Source: Actinomycetota bacterium (GTDB lineage Bacteria; Actinomycetota; UBA4738; HRBIN12). From it: DNA of 64,000 nt. The notes beneath the pieces were generated by a model. That model ran no database searches. It saw only the letters and a program-made list of their open reading frames with translations, and had not been told where the DNA came from. Positions within the stretch are counted from its first letter, which is position 1; the number at the start of each line of letters is the position of its first letter. The position numbers and the translations under genes are program-made. The stretch covers positions 1,272 through 65,271 of the forward strand of contig DASXTX010000052.1 in NCBI GenBank assembly GCA_036505195.1. Reading direction: 5' to 3'. Below are positions 9,328 through 19,405 of the stretch, piece by piece.

Positions 9328-10329
9328 CTACAGCAGGCCGTTCACGGTCAAGAATCCGTTGGCCACGGTGGCCACGTCCTGCCCATCGATCACGACCTTG
9401 CCCACGAGCTCGGTGACGTTCTCCGTCGAGAGTCGAGCGCTCACCGCGTCGAGCAGGGCACGGATCTCGCCGTTCAGCTTCTCGGAGCGGATCAGCGGCG
9501 TGATGTTCTCGGCGTTCTGGAGATGCCTGTCGTCGACAAGCGGCACGAATCCGTTCTGGCCGATGCTCGGGTCGGTCGAGAACAACAGGCCGATCTGGAC
9601 CTCGTCGGCCTTCAGCGCGTCGACGGTCAGCGGCCCTCCCGCGTCCAGCGGCGTGAAGTCGTCGAAGAGGACCCCATAGACCTCGTGCAATCCCGGGAGG
9701 CAGAAGGGCCGTTGGGGGCATTCCGGTGGCCCGCCGAACGTCAGCTGGCCGGAGACGGGGGCGAGGGAGCTCATCGTGGTCAGGTCGAACCGCTGGGCCG
9801 TCTCCGCGTTCGCCACGAACTGATTGGTGTCCTGGGCCGCCGATGGTGTGAGCAACGTGAGCCCTTCGGACCGGAGCAGCCCGGCGGTCTGCCGGGCAAC
9901 ATCGGAGGCATCTGCGGACGCCTCCGCGTTCGGGTCGAGGAACAGCAGCAGCGACGAAAGGTACTCCGGCTTCATGTCGATGACCGCCGCCTCTAGGGCA
10001 TTCTGCGAGCTCTCTCGAGATCGCAGGTCCAGCACTCGCTCGACGGTGTAGCCGGCGTGCTCCAGTACCTGCGCATACATCTCTGCGACGATCTGGTTCT
10101 CGGCGAAGGCGCCCGAGACTCCCACGACGATCACGTCGGAGCCTCCGGTGGAAGGACGCTGCATCCCGCCCACATCCGAGTCGGTGCATCCGGCCACGAG
10201 CGTGCCCAACACCGCCACGACGGCGACCGCGCGCGTCAGGGCGCCTCGGGAGCGTCCGATCAGCCCCTCGAGAGGGAGCGTCCGGATCCATCCGCGGATC
10301 GTTCGGGCGATCGTCCTCGTTGCGGTCAT
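9328..10329 (-). CDS. glycine-betaine/osmoprotectant-type ABC substrate-binding lipoprotein (orphan; no permease or ATPase nearby)
   Basis: Start chosen at MTATR (ATG 10329), which overlaps the stop of the upstream cyclase as ATGA. Lipobox LVAGC. The body (..IVVGVSGAFAENQIVAEMYAQVLEHAGY..GGPPECPQRPFCLPGL..) resembles OpuAC/OpuBC-family binding proteins. Confidence 0.65.
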   Translation of the reverse strand: MTATRTIARTIRGWIRTLPLEGLIGRSRGALTRAVAVVAVLGTLVAGCTDSDVGGMQRPSTGGSDVIVVGVSGAFAENQIVAEMYAQVLEHAGYTVERVLDLRSRESSQNALEAAVIDMKPEYLSSLLLFLDPNAEASADASDVARQTAGLLRSEGLTLLTPSAAQDTNQFVANAETAQRFDLTTMSSLAPVSGQLTFGGPPECPQRPFCLPGLHEVYGVLFDDFTPLDAGGPLTVDALKADEVQIGLLFSTDPSIGQNGFVPLVDDRHLQNAENITPLIRSEKLNGEIRALLDAVSARLSTENVTELVGKVVIDGQDVATVANGFLTVNGLL

Positions 10330-11684
10330 TCGACCTCGGGGGCAAGCGGCGCCATGATGGGGACGTTCTCGTGGCGGCCCCGGAGGACGCGGACGGTCGT
10401 GGGCCCCCGGCCCTTCACCTCGAGGTTCTCGGAGGGCCCGAAGTCGTACCGATCGGCCAGCTCCCTGGCCGTCCACTCCGAGACCAGGAAGCGGCCGGGC
10501 CCCGCGTTCGTCTCGAGCCTGCTCGCGAGATTCACGGTGTCGCCCCACAGGTCGTACGCGAACCTCTGGACCCCGATCACCCCGGCGACGGCCGGCCCTG
10601 TGGCGATCCCGCCGCGCACCACGATCGGGTCGCCCGACGGCCACTTGATCTTCCCGGCCTCGGTGAGGATGTCGACCGCCATCCCGACGGCTGCATCGGC
10701 GTGATCGGCCATGGGGGTCGGCGCGCCGGCGACGGCCATGTACGCGTCCCCGATCGTCTTGATCTTCTCGAGGCCGTGCCGCGCGGCGATCTCGTCGAAG
10801 TGGCTGAAGAGCTCATCCAGGGCATCGGCGAAGGCCTCCGGGGAAGACCGCGCGGCCTGTGCCGTGGATCCGACCGCGTCGGCGAAGAACACGCTCACCT
10901 GATCGAAGTTCTGGGCGATCCGTCCGCCGGAGGAGGTCTTGAGCCGCTCGACGATGGCCACGGGCAGCATGTTGAGCAGGAGCCCGTCGGACCGCGCCCG
11001 TTCCTGCTCGACCTGACGTTCACGGAGGAACAGGTCTCGCGTGAACCGTTCCGTCCGGTAGGCGGCCAGCCCGCCCAGCAGCCCGAACGAGACCAGATAG
11101 AGCATCGCCAGCACCACGCTCACGTCGACGATGTACCGCGCCGTGATGGCGTACGGAAGATACGCGGCGATACCGATCATCGTGACCAGTACGACCAAGA
11201 CGAACCGCAGGCGCAGCAGCGCGTAGGTGAACGCCGTGATCAGGATGACGCCGATGTAGCCGTACTCCGCAGGCAACGTCGAGATGCGCGAGACGTAGAA
11301 GACCCAGAACAGGAGCGTCGCCGTTGCGATGGCGACCGCCACCCATTCCCAGAGGCGCCCGAAGAACCGGGTGTACGTGAGTCCGAAGCCGACGATCAAC
11401 ATGGGGATGAACACGCCGAACCGCATGACCATGTCGAGTCTCTGGTCGGACAGGGCCAGCATGTAGGGGCGCAGGAGCAGGCCCCACGCGACCCAGATGG
11501 CGATCCCGGCCAGGAAGCCGAAGCGGATGTTGCCGAGATCGTGACGGAATCGGTCGGCGCGATACGCCGATTCGAGACCTGGATCGCGGAACTGCAGCCG
11601 CAGCTGGTCCAGCCTGCCCGACCATCGCGACCCTCCTTCAGCTGTCATCGACGTCTTGATCTCGTTCATCACGTCCCTCGCCAA
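10326..11684 (-). CDS. membrane-anchored class-III adenylate cyclase (about 6 TM + CHD)
   Basis: 452-aa ORF with a hydrophobic N-terminal half, then VSVFFADAVGST..KIKTIGDAYMAVAG..RFAYDLWGDTVNLASRLE. Confidence 0.8.
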   Translation of the reverse strand: MARDVMNEIKTSMTAEGGSRWSGRLDQLRLQFRDPGLESAYRADRFRHDLGNIRFGFLAGIAIWVAWGLLLRPYMLALSDQRLDMVMRFGVFIPMLIVGFGLTYTRFFGRLWEWVAVAIATATLLFWVFYVSRISTLPAEYGYIGVILITAFTYALLRLRFVLVVLVTMIGIAAYLPYAITARYIVDVSVVLAMLYLVSFGLLGGLAAYRTERFTRDLFLRERQVEQERARSDGLLLNMLPVAIVERLKTSSGGRIAQNFDQVSVFFADAVGSTAQAARSSPEAFADALDELFSHFDEIAARHGLEKIKTIGDAYMAVAGAPTPMADHADAAVGMAVDILTEAGKIKWPSGDPIVVRGGIATGPAVAGVIGVQRFAYDLWGDTVNLASRLETNAGPGRFLVSEWTARELADRYDFGPSENLEVKGRGPTTVRVLRGRHENVPIMAPLAPEVE

Positions 11685-11773
11685 ACGCTTCCCGGGCCGA
11701 CCCCTGATGATGACCTCTCGAGGCCCGCCTTGTCAGCCGGGAGCCCCCGCACGGTTGGTGGCGGGAGCCAACC

Positions 11774-12343
11774 TCAGCGTTGCGGCTCGTAGTGGAGGAA
11801 CACAGCGCCCGTCTCGTAGGTCCGCACGTTCACGCGTTTGAGCTTCGCGTAGCCCTGAAGACTGGGGAACAACGTTCGCCCGCCCCCAACCAGCGTCGGG
11901 CAGAGCTGGACGTGATACTCGTCAATCAGGTCCGCCGCGACGAGGCTCTGGGCCAGGGTGAGGCTGCCCCACAGGACCATGTGCTTCCCGTCCTGTGCTT
12001 TCATCCGTTCGATCTCAGTCACGGCGTCGCCGTGAACGACTCGCGCCGGGGGCCACGCTCCCCATGGCGCCTCGCTCAGTGTGTTGGAGAAGACGAGCTT
12101 GGGAAGCTCGTTCAGTCGGTCGGCGACGATCTCCTTGTCCGTCGTTGCCGTTGGCCAGAAGTCGACGAACAGCTCATAGGTCCGTCGTCCCAACAGGATC
12201 GTATCGACGCTCTCGAGGAACTCGAGCTGATCTCTGTCCGAGAACCGGTCCGCCTCGCTCGACGGGAAGAAGTCCAACGTCCCTTCCGCGTCCACGGCGA
12301 AGCCATCGAGCGACATCCATTCCTCGAGGATCAGCCTTCTCAT
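11774..12343 (-). CDS. dihydrofolate-reductase-family protein (RibD C-terminal domain type)
   Basis: 189-aa ORF: MRRLILEEWMSLDGF..ILLGRRTYELFVDFWP..MVLWGSLTLAQSLVAADLIDEYHVQLCPTLVGGG. Confidence 0.75.
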   Translation of the reverse strand: MRRLILEEWMSLDGFAVDAEGTLDFFPSSEADRFSDRDQLEFLESVDTILLGRRTYELFVDFWPTATTDKEIVADRLNELPKLVFSNTLSEAPWGAWPPARVVHGDAVTEIERMKAQDGKHMVLWGSLTLAQSLVAADLIDEYHVQLCPTLVGGGRTLFPSLQGYAKLKRVNVRTYETGAVFLHYEPQR

Positions 12344-12463
12344 GGTTGCTCACCTCCATGAACGCCGGTTCGCGCCCGCCGCGCACCGGCGAGTCGGCGG
12401 GCCGCAGCCGCTCGAGGTGCTACTCGTTGAAGAACCCGGGCCCCCCGCCCCAGCGGCCAGCTC

Positions 12464-14002
12464 ATGTCTCGGCACCCGGTTCATGGTGGGCAATCTAGCG
12501 CGGCTCCGTGCATCGTCGGCTCGCTGTTGGTTGTCGTGCCCTTCGGGGACGGCGAAGATGCGCCCGTGGAGGTTCCTGACCCGCACGCGCAGGCCGAGAA
12601 CGAGATCCCGTCACCGGCAGGCACCCGAGGCGAACGACGTGCTGGAGGTGGAGTTCCGCCGCTCGTGACCGAGGCCACAGCCTCGCCGCAGGAGCCGCCC
12701 ACATCGAGGGTCGGCTGGACCGCCAGGGCGACCGCGCGGCTCGCTCGGATCGGCGCGGACCCCCGGGACGACGAGGAGCTGCGCCAGAAGAAGGCGCTGC
12801 TCGTCATGATCGCCGTCCTGATCCTTCCCATCTCCGTCGTATGGGGCAGCCTCTACCTCGGCTTCGGCTCGCCGGCAGGCGTCATCCCCTTCCTCTACTT
12901 CGCCGTCTCGCTCGGCTCGTTGGTGGTCTTCGCGCGAACCGGACGGTTCCACCCCTTCCTCGTCACGCAACTCCTCGACATCCTGTTCTCGCCGACCGCC
13001 GGGATGATGCTGGTCGGCGGGTTCCTTCCCTCCGGGGCGGTCGGGCTCTGGGGCATCCTGGCCCCGCTCGGGGCCCTCGTCTTCCTCGAGGCGCGTCAGG
13101 CCGTGCGTTGGTTCGTCGCGTACGTCCTCGTCTTCCTGCTCCTGGGTCTCGCGGGCGAGGTGCTGTTCCCGGACGCGGACCTCCCGGTGGGGTTCACGAG
13201 CACGATGCTGGCGTTGAACGTCATCGGCGCCGGCGCGGTCGCCTTCACGCTCCTCGCCGTCTTCGCCGACCAGCGCAACGCGGCGCTCTCGGCGCTCCGA
13301 GCCGAGCAGGAGAAGTCCGAGGCCCTCCTCGTGAACATCCTGCCGGGCTCGATCGCCGCCCGACTGAAGGCCGCCGACCAGACGATCGCCGACCACTTCG
13401 ACGCGACCTCCATCCTCTTCGCCGATGTCGTGGACTTCACGCCGCTCTCGCAGCGGCTCTCGCCGGCCGAGACCGTCGACATCCTCGATCGGCTCTTCTC
13501 CCACTTCGACTCGCTGGTGGAGCGGCACGGGCTCGAGAAGATCAAGACGGTCGGCGATTGCTACATGGCGGCCGCCGGCGTGCCGGATCCGCATCGGGAC
13601 CATGCGCGCCGGGCCGCGCTCTTGGCGCTGGACATGCGAGAAGCGGTTGCGACCTCGGCGGTGGCCGGCCGGGAGCGTCTCGAGCTGAGGATCGGCATCA
13701 ACTCGGGACCGGTCGTCGCCGGTGTGATCGGCAGGAAGCGCTTCCTCTACGATCTGTGGAGCGACGCCGTGAACACGGCGAGCCGGATGGAGTCCCACGG
13801 CACGCCCGGCGAGATCCAGATCACGCGCGAGACGTACGAGCTGCTGAAGGACGAGTTCGTCTGCAGGCCACGCGGAACGATCACGGTCAAGGGCAAGGGC
13901 GAGATGGAGACCTGGTACCTCGTCGGGTCGCGGTCGGACGATCGTCGAACGGACGGAGGCGTCGGGTCGGAGGCGGCGACCCACCACCACGACCGCACCT
14001 AG
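12464..14002 (+). CDS. membrane-anchored class-III adenylate cyclase (start uncertain; in-frame GTG at 12665 is plausible)
   Basis: Hydrophobic N-terminal half, then TSILFADVVDFT..KIKTVGDCYMAAAG..RFLYDLWSDAVNTASRME..VKGKGEMETWYL. Confidence 0.8.
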   Translation: MSRHPVHGGQSSAAPCIVGSLLVVVPFGDGEDAPVEVPDPHAQAENEIPSPAGTRGERRAGGGVPPLVTEATASPQEPPTSRVGWTARATARLARIGADPRDDEELRQKKALLVMIAVLILPISVVWGSLYLGFGSPAGVIPFLYFAVSLGSLVVFARTGRFHPFLVTQLLDILFSPTAGMMLVGGFLPSGAVGLWGILAPLGALVFLEARQAVRWFVAYVLVFLLLGLAGEVLFPDADLPVGFTSTMLALNVIGAGAVAFTLLAVFADQRNAALSALRAEQEKSEALLVNILPGSIAARLKAADQTIADHFDATSILFADVVDFTPLSQRLSPAETVDILDRLFSHFDSLVERHGLEKIKTVGDCYMAAAGVPDPHRDHARRAALLALDMREAVATSAVAGRERLELRIGINSGPVVAGVIGRKRFLYDLWSDAVNTASRMESHGTPGEIQITRETYELLKDEFVCRPRGTITVKGKGEMETWYLVGSRSDDRRTDGGVGSEAATHHHDRT

Positions 14003-14024
14003 ATCTGTCCGACGCGTCTCGCCG

Positions 14025-15332
14025 TTGGTAGCGGATGGGTCGGGCTGTCGATCGACGACGCAGCGGGCTGGCTACGATGCCTTCGTGCCGAGGACCTACT
14101 CCGTCGCGGAGGTGGCCACAGAGGCCGCGTGCCCGGAGGAACGGATCCGGTGGATGGCGGGCATCGGCCTGATCGAACCCGACGAGCAGGGCCGGTTCAC
14201 GCGCGGCGCCGTGCTGGCGGTCAAGATGGCGTCGGCGCTGCTCGAGGCGGGCGTGCCGGCCGGATCGATCGAGCGCGCGGCCACGGAAGGACTGCTCTCC
14301 TTCCGGCGAACCGACGAATACCTCCCCCACGAGCCCGGGCCACGGTCGGAGCGGACGTTCGCCGAGTTCCAGGCGAGCGCCGGACCCAGGGCCGAGCTGC
14401 TCCCGGCCGTGTACGAGGTGCTGGGATTGCCCAAGCCCGACCCGTCGGCGCCGATCCACCTCGACGAGGAGGCGATCTTCGAACGCTTCCTCGATGCGTG
14501 GGCGATGTCGCCGGACGAGGACTCGGTGATCCGGGCGGGCCGGCTGATGGCGCAGGGAACGCGCGCCGCGATGCTCGGGTGGATGGATCTCCAAGACGAG
14601 CAACTCGCGGAGCCGGCGCGTGAGCGACTCCTCCGGGGTGAGCTGGAAGAGTTCCCGGACGATGTGCGCCTCGCCTTCATCAAGGCGACAGGACTGGCAC
14701 CGGAGATGTTCACGTGGCTGAGCGCTCGATACCTGGAGCAGCGGAGCGTGAGTGGGATCGTCGAGGGGTTCGAGCGGTTCCTTGCCTCGCGCGGGCTCGC
14801 GCCGATCCCCGAGCCGCCGAGTCCGCCCGCGATCGTCTTCGTCGACCTGTCCGGCTTCACCCGGATGACGCGCGAGCATGGCGATGCGTCCGCGGTCGCC
14901 GCGGCGACGTCGTTGCAGCAACACGCCGACGCCACGGCGACCCGTCACGGCGGGCGTCTCGTGAAGCTCCTCGGTGACGGGGCGATGCTGCGGCTCACCG
15001 ACGCGACCGTCGGCGTCGATGCCGCGCTCGACCTCGTCGAGACGATGAGCGGCCAGGGAGCGCTGTCCTCGCACGCCGGCGTCCACGCCGGACCCGTGAT
15101 CGAGCGCGACCTCGACGTCTTCGGGCAAACCGTGAACCTGGCATCACGGATCGCGGACGCGGCAGGCCCCGGCGAGGTCCTTGCGAGCCAAGCGGTGGCC
15201 GACGTGGCGGGCGACGGGACGTTCGGGTTCGAACGGATGCAGGACGCGGAGCTCAAGGGGCTTCCGGGACCGATCGCCCTCTTCCGGGTCACACGGAGCG
15301 GTCCGACCTCCGAGGCTCTGCGAGGGGGCTGA
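14025..15332 (+). CDS. class-III cyclase with N-terminal MerR-like HTH region (paralog of 7935-9239; alternative GTG start at 14085)
   Basis: YSVAEVATEAACPEERIRWMAGIGLIEPDEQG at the N-terminus. C-terminal IVFVDLSGFTRMTREHGD..VKLLGDGAMLRL..GQTVNLASRIAD. Confidence 0.75.
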   Translation: MVADGSGCRSTTQRAGYDAFVPRTYSVAEVATEAACPEERIRWMAGIGLIEPDEQGRFTRGAVLAVKMASALLEAGVPAGSIERAATEGLLSFRRTDEYLPHEPGPRSERTFAEFQASAGPRAELLPAVYEVLGLPKPDPSAPIHLDEEAIFERFLDAWAMSPDEDSVIRAGRLMAQGTRAAMLGWMDLQDEQLAEPARERLLRGELEEFPDDVRLAFIKATGLAPEMFTWLSARYLEQRSVSGIVEGFERFLASRGLAPIPEPPSPPAIVFVDLSGFTRMTREHGDASAVAAATSLQQHADATATRHGGRLVKLLGDGAMLRLTDATVGVDAALDLVETMSGQGALSSHAGVHAGPVIERDLDVFGQTVNLASRIADAAGPGEVLASQAVADVAGDGTFGFERMQDAELKGLPGPIALFRVTRSGPTSEALRGG

Positions 15333-15429
15333 TCCGAAGGCTCACGAATCGACTCGGCTTTCGGGAGCACACGGAACCAACTCCCCCGATCGGACGTATC
15401 CCGAGCGTCACGAGCGGGAGGATCTCCGC

Positions 15430-16464
15430 ATGGAACGTCGGCACCGTCCGCGAGTGGGCGCGCTGGTCGCGATCCTGGTCGCAGGTTCGTGTACCGCGTC
15501 GTCGCACGCGGACGGCACCGGATCGCCGGCTCCGCACTCGAGCCCGCACGCGAGTCCCGAGCCCTCGGGACCGCCGATCGACTCGCGCGAGCCGGTCCTG
15601 GTGGGACCGCCGATCGACGTCGCCTCGCTCGCCGGCCGCATCGTGCTGTCGTCCGAGGACGACGTGTTCACGGCGAACCTCGACGGCACCGGCCTGGTCC
15701 GAGTCACACGGAAACCGGGTCCCGAGTTCGACCCCGCGTGGTCGCCGGACGGCGAGCGGATCGTGTACCGGGACTCGCGCCGCGGCATCAACCAGGACGA
15801 CGAGATCTACGTCGTGGGGGCCGACGGCACGGGCGCGAGGAACCTCACGAGGGACCCGGGGAACGATTGGGGTCCGGACTGGTCCCCCGACGGCCGCACC
15901 ATCGTGTTCAACTCCGATCGCGACGGGCTGCCCATGGGGGGCTTCCTCATGAACCCCGACGGATCCCATCTCCGTCGGATCGCGACGGACGCGTACGTCG
16001 AGTACCCGGCGTGGTCGACGGACGGAACGCGCATCGCGTTCATGGGTGGGACGAGCGCCGGCGAGTACGACATCTGGGTGGTGGACGTGGACGGGTCGAA
16101 CCTGACCCGGCTCACCGACTCACCAGGCTCCGACGGCTGGCCGGCCTGGTCGCCGGACGGGACCCGGGTCGCGTTCAGCTCGGTGCGGGACGACTGCTCC
16201 TACTCGGATGCCCCAGACTGCCGTTCCACCGGAGACATCGGACCGCATCACGACGTCTGGGTCGTGAACGCGGACGGGTCGGGTCTGACCAGGGTCACGT
16301 CGGAGTTCGGTCAGTTCGTGACGTGGTCCCCGGACGGTGACTACCTGCTGATCTCCGGCTACGACCTGTACGTGATCCGTCCGGACGGCACCGGCCGGGC
16401 GTCACTGGACATCGAGGGGATCCGGGGCGGCCTGTTCCCCGACTGGATCGACCCCGATCGCTAG
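15430..16464 (+). CDS. TolB-like PD40/WD40 beta-propeller lipoprotein
   Basis: Start set at MERRH (ATG 15430, GGGAGG upstream). Lipobox LVAGSC. Repeated blades W-SPDG-x-IVF/AF (DPAWSPDGERIVY, GPDWSPDGRTIVFNSDRDG, YPAWSTDGTRIAF, WPAWSPDGTRVAF, WSPDGDYLL). Confidence 0.75.
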   Translation: MERRHRPRVGALVAILVAGSCTASSHADGTGSPAPHSSPHASPEPSGPPIDSREPVLVGPPIDVASLAGRIVLSSEDDVFTANLDGTGLVRVTRKPGPEFDPAWSPDGERIVYRDSRRGINQDDEIYVVGADGTGARNLTRDPGNDWGPDWSPDGRTIVFNSDRDGLPMGGFLMNPDGSHLRRIATDAYVEYPAWSTDGTRIAFMGGTSAGEYDIWVVDVDGSNLTRLTDSPGSDGWPAWSPDGTRVAFSSVRDDCSYSDAPDCRSTGDIGPHHDVWVVNADGSGLTRVTSEFGQFVTWSPDGDYLLISGYDLYVIRPDGTGRASLDIEGIRGGLFPDWIDPDR

Positions 16465-16814
16465 CGTGGAAGGTGGACTTCGGCCCATCGGCTGATCTGT
16501 GCGAGGGCCGGCAACAGGGCGCGGCCCGCGTCGGTGAGGGCGTAGGTCACGGAGAGCGGCGGCCCCTCCGCGACGGTGCGGGTGACGAGGCCCGCGTCGG
16601 TGAGCTCGCCGAGGCGTTCGGAGAGCACCGAGTCGCTGATCCCCTCGACGGCGCGCCCGAGCGCGCGGAATCCGGTCGTCCCACCGCTCAACGTGCCCAG
16701 CACCACCCCCGTCCAGCGCTTGCCGAGCAGGTCGAACGCGCGCATCAGCGCCCCGTCGGCGCGCCCGCACGCCTCGGCGTCCAGACGCGGAAGCTGCCGG
16801 GTCGATCGGCTCAT
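16461..16814 (-). CDS. HxlR-family transcriptional regulator
   Basis: 117-aa ORF: ..ALMRAFDLLGKRWTGVVLGTL..GFRALGRAVEGISDSVLSERLGELTDAGLVTR..VTYALTDAG. Divergent from the pirin gene. Confidence 0.8.
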   Translation of the reverse strand: MSRSTRQLPRLDAEACGRADGALMRAFDLLGKRWTGVVLGTLSGGTTGFRALGRAVEGISDSVLSERLGELTDAGLVTRTVAEGPPLSVTYALTDAGRALLPALAQISRWAEVHLPR

Positions 16815-16881
16815 GGGAATAACACTAGCAGACTCCTAGTTGCTAGCCGGATAGAAGTTCCCACCCGCCACTCGAAGGGAG

Positions 16882-17709
16882 ATGAGGACCATGCGACAAC
16901 CTGTCGAGGAGACATCGCGAGACGCGATCCTCGTGGAGGATGCGCACGTCCGGCCGATGATGGGCTTCGAGATCCTCGAGCCCCTGCCGGCGCGGAGCGT
17001 GCCGTACGAACGGGTCGATCCCTTCATCCTCGTCCACGAGGCTCGCTTCCGGCTCTCCGAGCTTCAGGACGTCGATACGAAGCATCCCCACCGGGGGTTC
17101 GACAACCTGTGGTACATCCTCCAGGGCTCGGCCAGCACCGGCCACAGCACGGGACCCGGAGGAACGATCGAGCGGGCTCGACTGCCCGAGGGCGCACTCC
17201 TGGCGCTCAGGACCGGGCGTGGGGCGTGGCACGCGGAGGCGATCGGCGCGGAGCAGCGCGAGGAGGGCCTGGGCGACACCGAGTGGCGGAGCGTGTTGTT
17301 CTGGGTGAACCTCGCCCGCAAGGACAAGCAGGCGGAGCCGAGCGCACAGGTGCTGTTGCCGGATCAGATGACGGTTCGGCAGGAGGGGGATGCGACGGTC
17401 AGGGTGCTGGCCGGCGAGGGCTCCCCCGTGGAGCTGGGGACGCCCGCCACCGTCCTCGACGTCGAGCTCCCCGATGGCGGCGAGGTCACGACGCGCGTTC
17501 GATCCGAGTTCCAGGGCTTCGCCTACGTGCTCGACGGCGAGGCCGTGTTCGGAGCCAACCGGCGACCGGCGAGGCCTCCGCAGCTCGTCCTGCTCGGTCC
17601 GGGTGAGGAGCTCACGGTGACCGATGCCGTCCCCGGAACACGGTTCCTGATCATGGCCGGGCAGCCGTACGGAGAGATCCCCGTGTTCAACGGCCCCTAC
17701 GTGGACTAG
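16882..17709 (+). CDS. pirin-family protein
   Basis: 275-aa ORF with ..VDPFILVHE....HPHRGFDNLWYILQG.. (cupin metal-site motif of pirins). Confidence 0.75.
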   Translation: MRTMRQPVEETSRDAILVEDAHVRPMMGFEILEPLPARSVPYERVDPFILVHEARFRLSELQDVDTKHPHRGFDNLWYILQGSASTGHSTGPGGTIERARLPEGALLALRTGRGAWHAEAIGAEQREEGLGDTEWRSVLFWVNLARKDKQAEPSAQVLLPDQMTVRQEGDATVRVLAGEGSPVELGTPATVLDVELPDGGEVTTRVRSEFQGFAYVLDGEAVFGANRRPARPPQLVLLGPGEELTVTDAVPGTRFLIMAGQPYGEIPVFNGPYVD

Positions 17710-17815
17710 ATAGCACGCGCAAGCAAGACCGGAGGGGGACTCCCGCCGAGCCGGTCTCCTGCAGCGGTCCTGCGCGTCGTGATAGGAAGGAGCCGACCTG
17801 ATCGGAGGGGGGACG

Positions 17816-19294
17816 ATGTCGGCTCGAGCTGTTCGACGGACCGCGTTCGCTGCATCGGTGGTCACGGTGCTCGTGCTCGCCTGGGTACTCGTTCGGACCC
17901 TTGACCCGGCTCCGTCCGGTGGCGGCGAGCCGCGGGCCCGGGGCGGCGGCTCGGAGGTCGAGGAGGAGCTGTCCGAGCAGACGGAGGAGCGGCTCGAGGC
18001 GCTCGAGGAAGCGAACGAGCAGGGCGTCCGGTGGCAGGTCCGAACGAAGGCGGCCGCGGCGTCGGCTGCACCGGCGCCGGGCTGGGCCGGCGAGCGCGTC
18101 GCCGATCCGATCGCGGATGATTGGGAGCCCGCGATCGCGGCGGATCCCACGGCCCCGTTCGTGTACCTGATGACGACCCACTTCAGCGACAAGCCCTGTC
18201 CGGGCAACTGCCCGGTGCCGCACATCTCGCTCCACGTCTCCTCGGATGGCGGGAGGACGTGGGCGCCGCAACGACCGCTCTGCGCCTGCAAGGGCTCGTG
18301 GCAGTACGACCCCGTCGTCGAGGTCGTCCCGAACACCGGCGCCGTCTACGCCGCCTACCTGAACGGCTTCAACGTGCTGTTCACGAGGTCGGTCGACCAC
18401 GGCGCCACGTGGTCGGCGCCCGTCAAGACCTACGGCAACGTCTCGTGGAACGACAAGCCGGCGCTCGCCACGAGCGATGACGGCAAGGATGTGTACATCT
18501 CCTGGAACGGCCCGACCGGCGGTGATCCCTGGATGGCCCAGTCACACGACTCCGGGCAGACGTGGACCCAGGCCAAGCTCGTCGACTCACGCCGCTACTT
18601 CTTCGCGTTCGACGCCGACGTGCTGCACGACGGCACCGTCGTCTTCGCCCAGAGCGACATCGACTACTCGGGCCCGGGCGGTGCTCCCGTCGGCGTCGTG
18701 CACCACCACGTGTTCGTCTCGCGAGACACCGGTGCCACGTGGGAGGACCACGTCGTCGACACGGTGGCCGTGGGCGAGCCGTGCATCGCCGAGGGCTGCG
18801 GGCCGGACTTCTACATCGGGCACGACGCCATCTCGGCCGACGACGCCGGGGGCCTCGTCGTGCTCTACGACGGCGCCGCGACCGATCTCGGCCCGCAACG
18901 GATCTTCGCCCGCCGGTCAGCGGACGGCGGCCGCACGTGGAGCGCCCGGGTCGCCCTGTCGGTCGCGGGTGAGAACGCCACCTCGCCGGCGGTCGAGTCC
19001 CGCGGGAGCGGGGACGTCCGTGCCTGGTACATGCGGACCAGCAACGGCGACGACCCCGACGCCTGGAACGTCTTCTACCGGAGCTCGGCCGACGGGGGCG
19101 CCTCGTGGAGCGCCCCGGTCGTGATCTCGGACGTGACGTCCGGAGCCGCGTACAAGCACGCCGACGGGTTCGACGAGGTCTACGGCGACTACGGCGAGAT
19201 CGCCATCACGAGCGAGGGGAAGACGATCGCCACCTGGGGGGAGGGGCTGAGCTGGACCGGGCCCGGCGGGGTGTGGTTCAACCGCCAGAACTGA
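17816..19294 (+). CDS. secreted BNR/Asp-box repeat protein (sialidase-like beta-propeller)
   Basis: N-terminal signal or anchor segment. Six S-x-D-x-G-x-(T/S)-W boxes (SSDGGRTW, SVDHGATW, SHDSGQTW, SRDTGATW, SADGGRTW, SADGGASW). Confidence 0.75.
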   Translation: MSARAVRRTAFAASVVTVLVLAWVLVRTLDPAPSGGGEPRARGGGSEVEEELSEQTEERLEALEEANEQGVRWQVRTKAAAASAAPAPGWAGERVADPIADDWEPAIAADPTAPFVYLMTTHFSDKPCPGNCPVPHISLHVSSDGGRTWAPQRPLCACKGSWQYDPVVEVVPNTGAVYAAYLNGFNVLFTRSVDHGATWSAPVKTYGNVSWNDKPALATSDDGKDVYISWNGPTGGDPWMAQSHDSGQTWTQAKLVDSRRYFFAFDADVLHDGTVVFAQSDIDYSGPGGAPVGVVHHHVFVSRDTGATWEDHVVDTVAVGEPCIAEGCGPDFYIGHDAISADDAGGLVVLYDGAATDLGPQRIFARRSADGGRTWSARVALSVAGENATSPAVESRGSGDVRAWYMRTSNGDDPDAWNVFYRSSADGGASWSAPVVISDVTSGAAYKHADGFDEVYGDYGEIAITSEGKTIATWGEGLSWTGPGGVWFNRQN

Positions 19295-19405
19295 GCTCCC
19301 AAAAGCGTGCCAACGATCCGGGGCACGGCCCTGGTTCACCCCGGACGCCGTCGGGTAACCCCATCCTTGGTGCACCGACCACAGCATTCGGAAGAGGTGG
19401 ACGCG

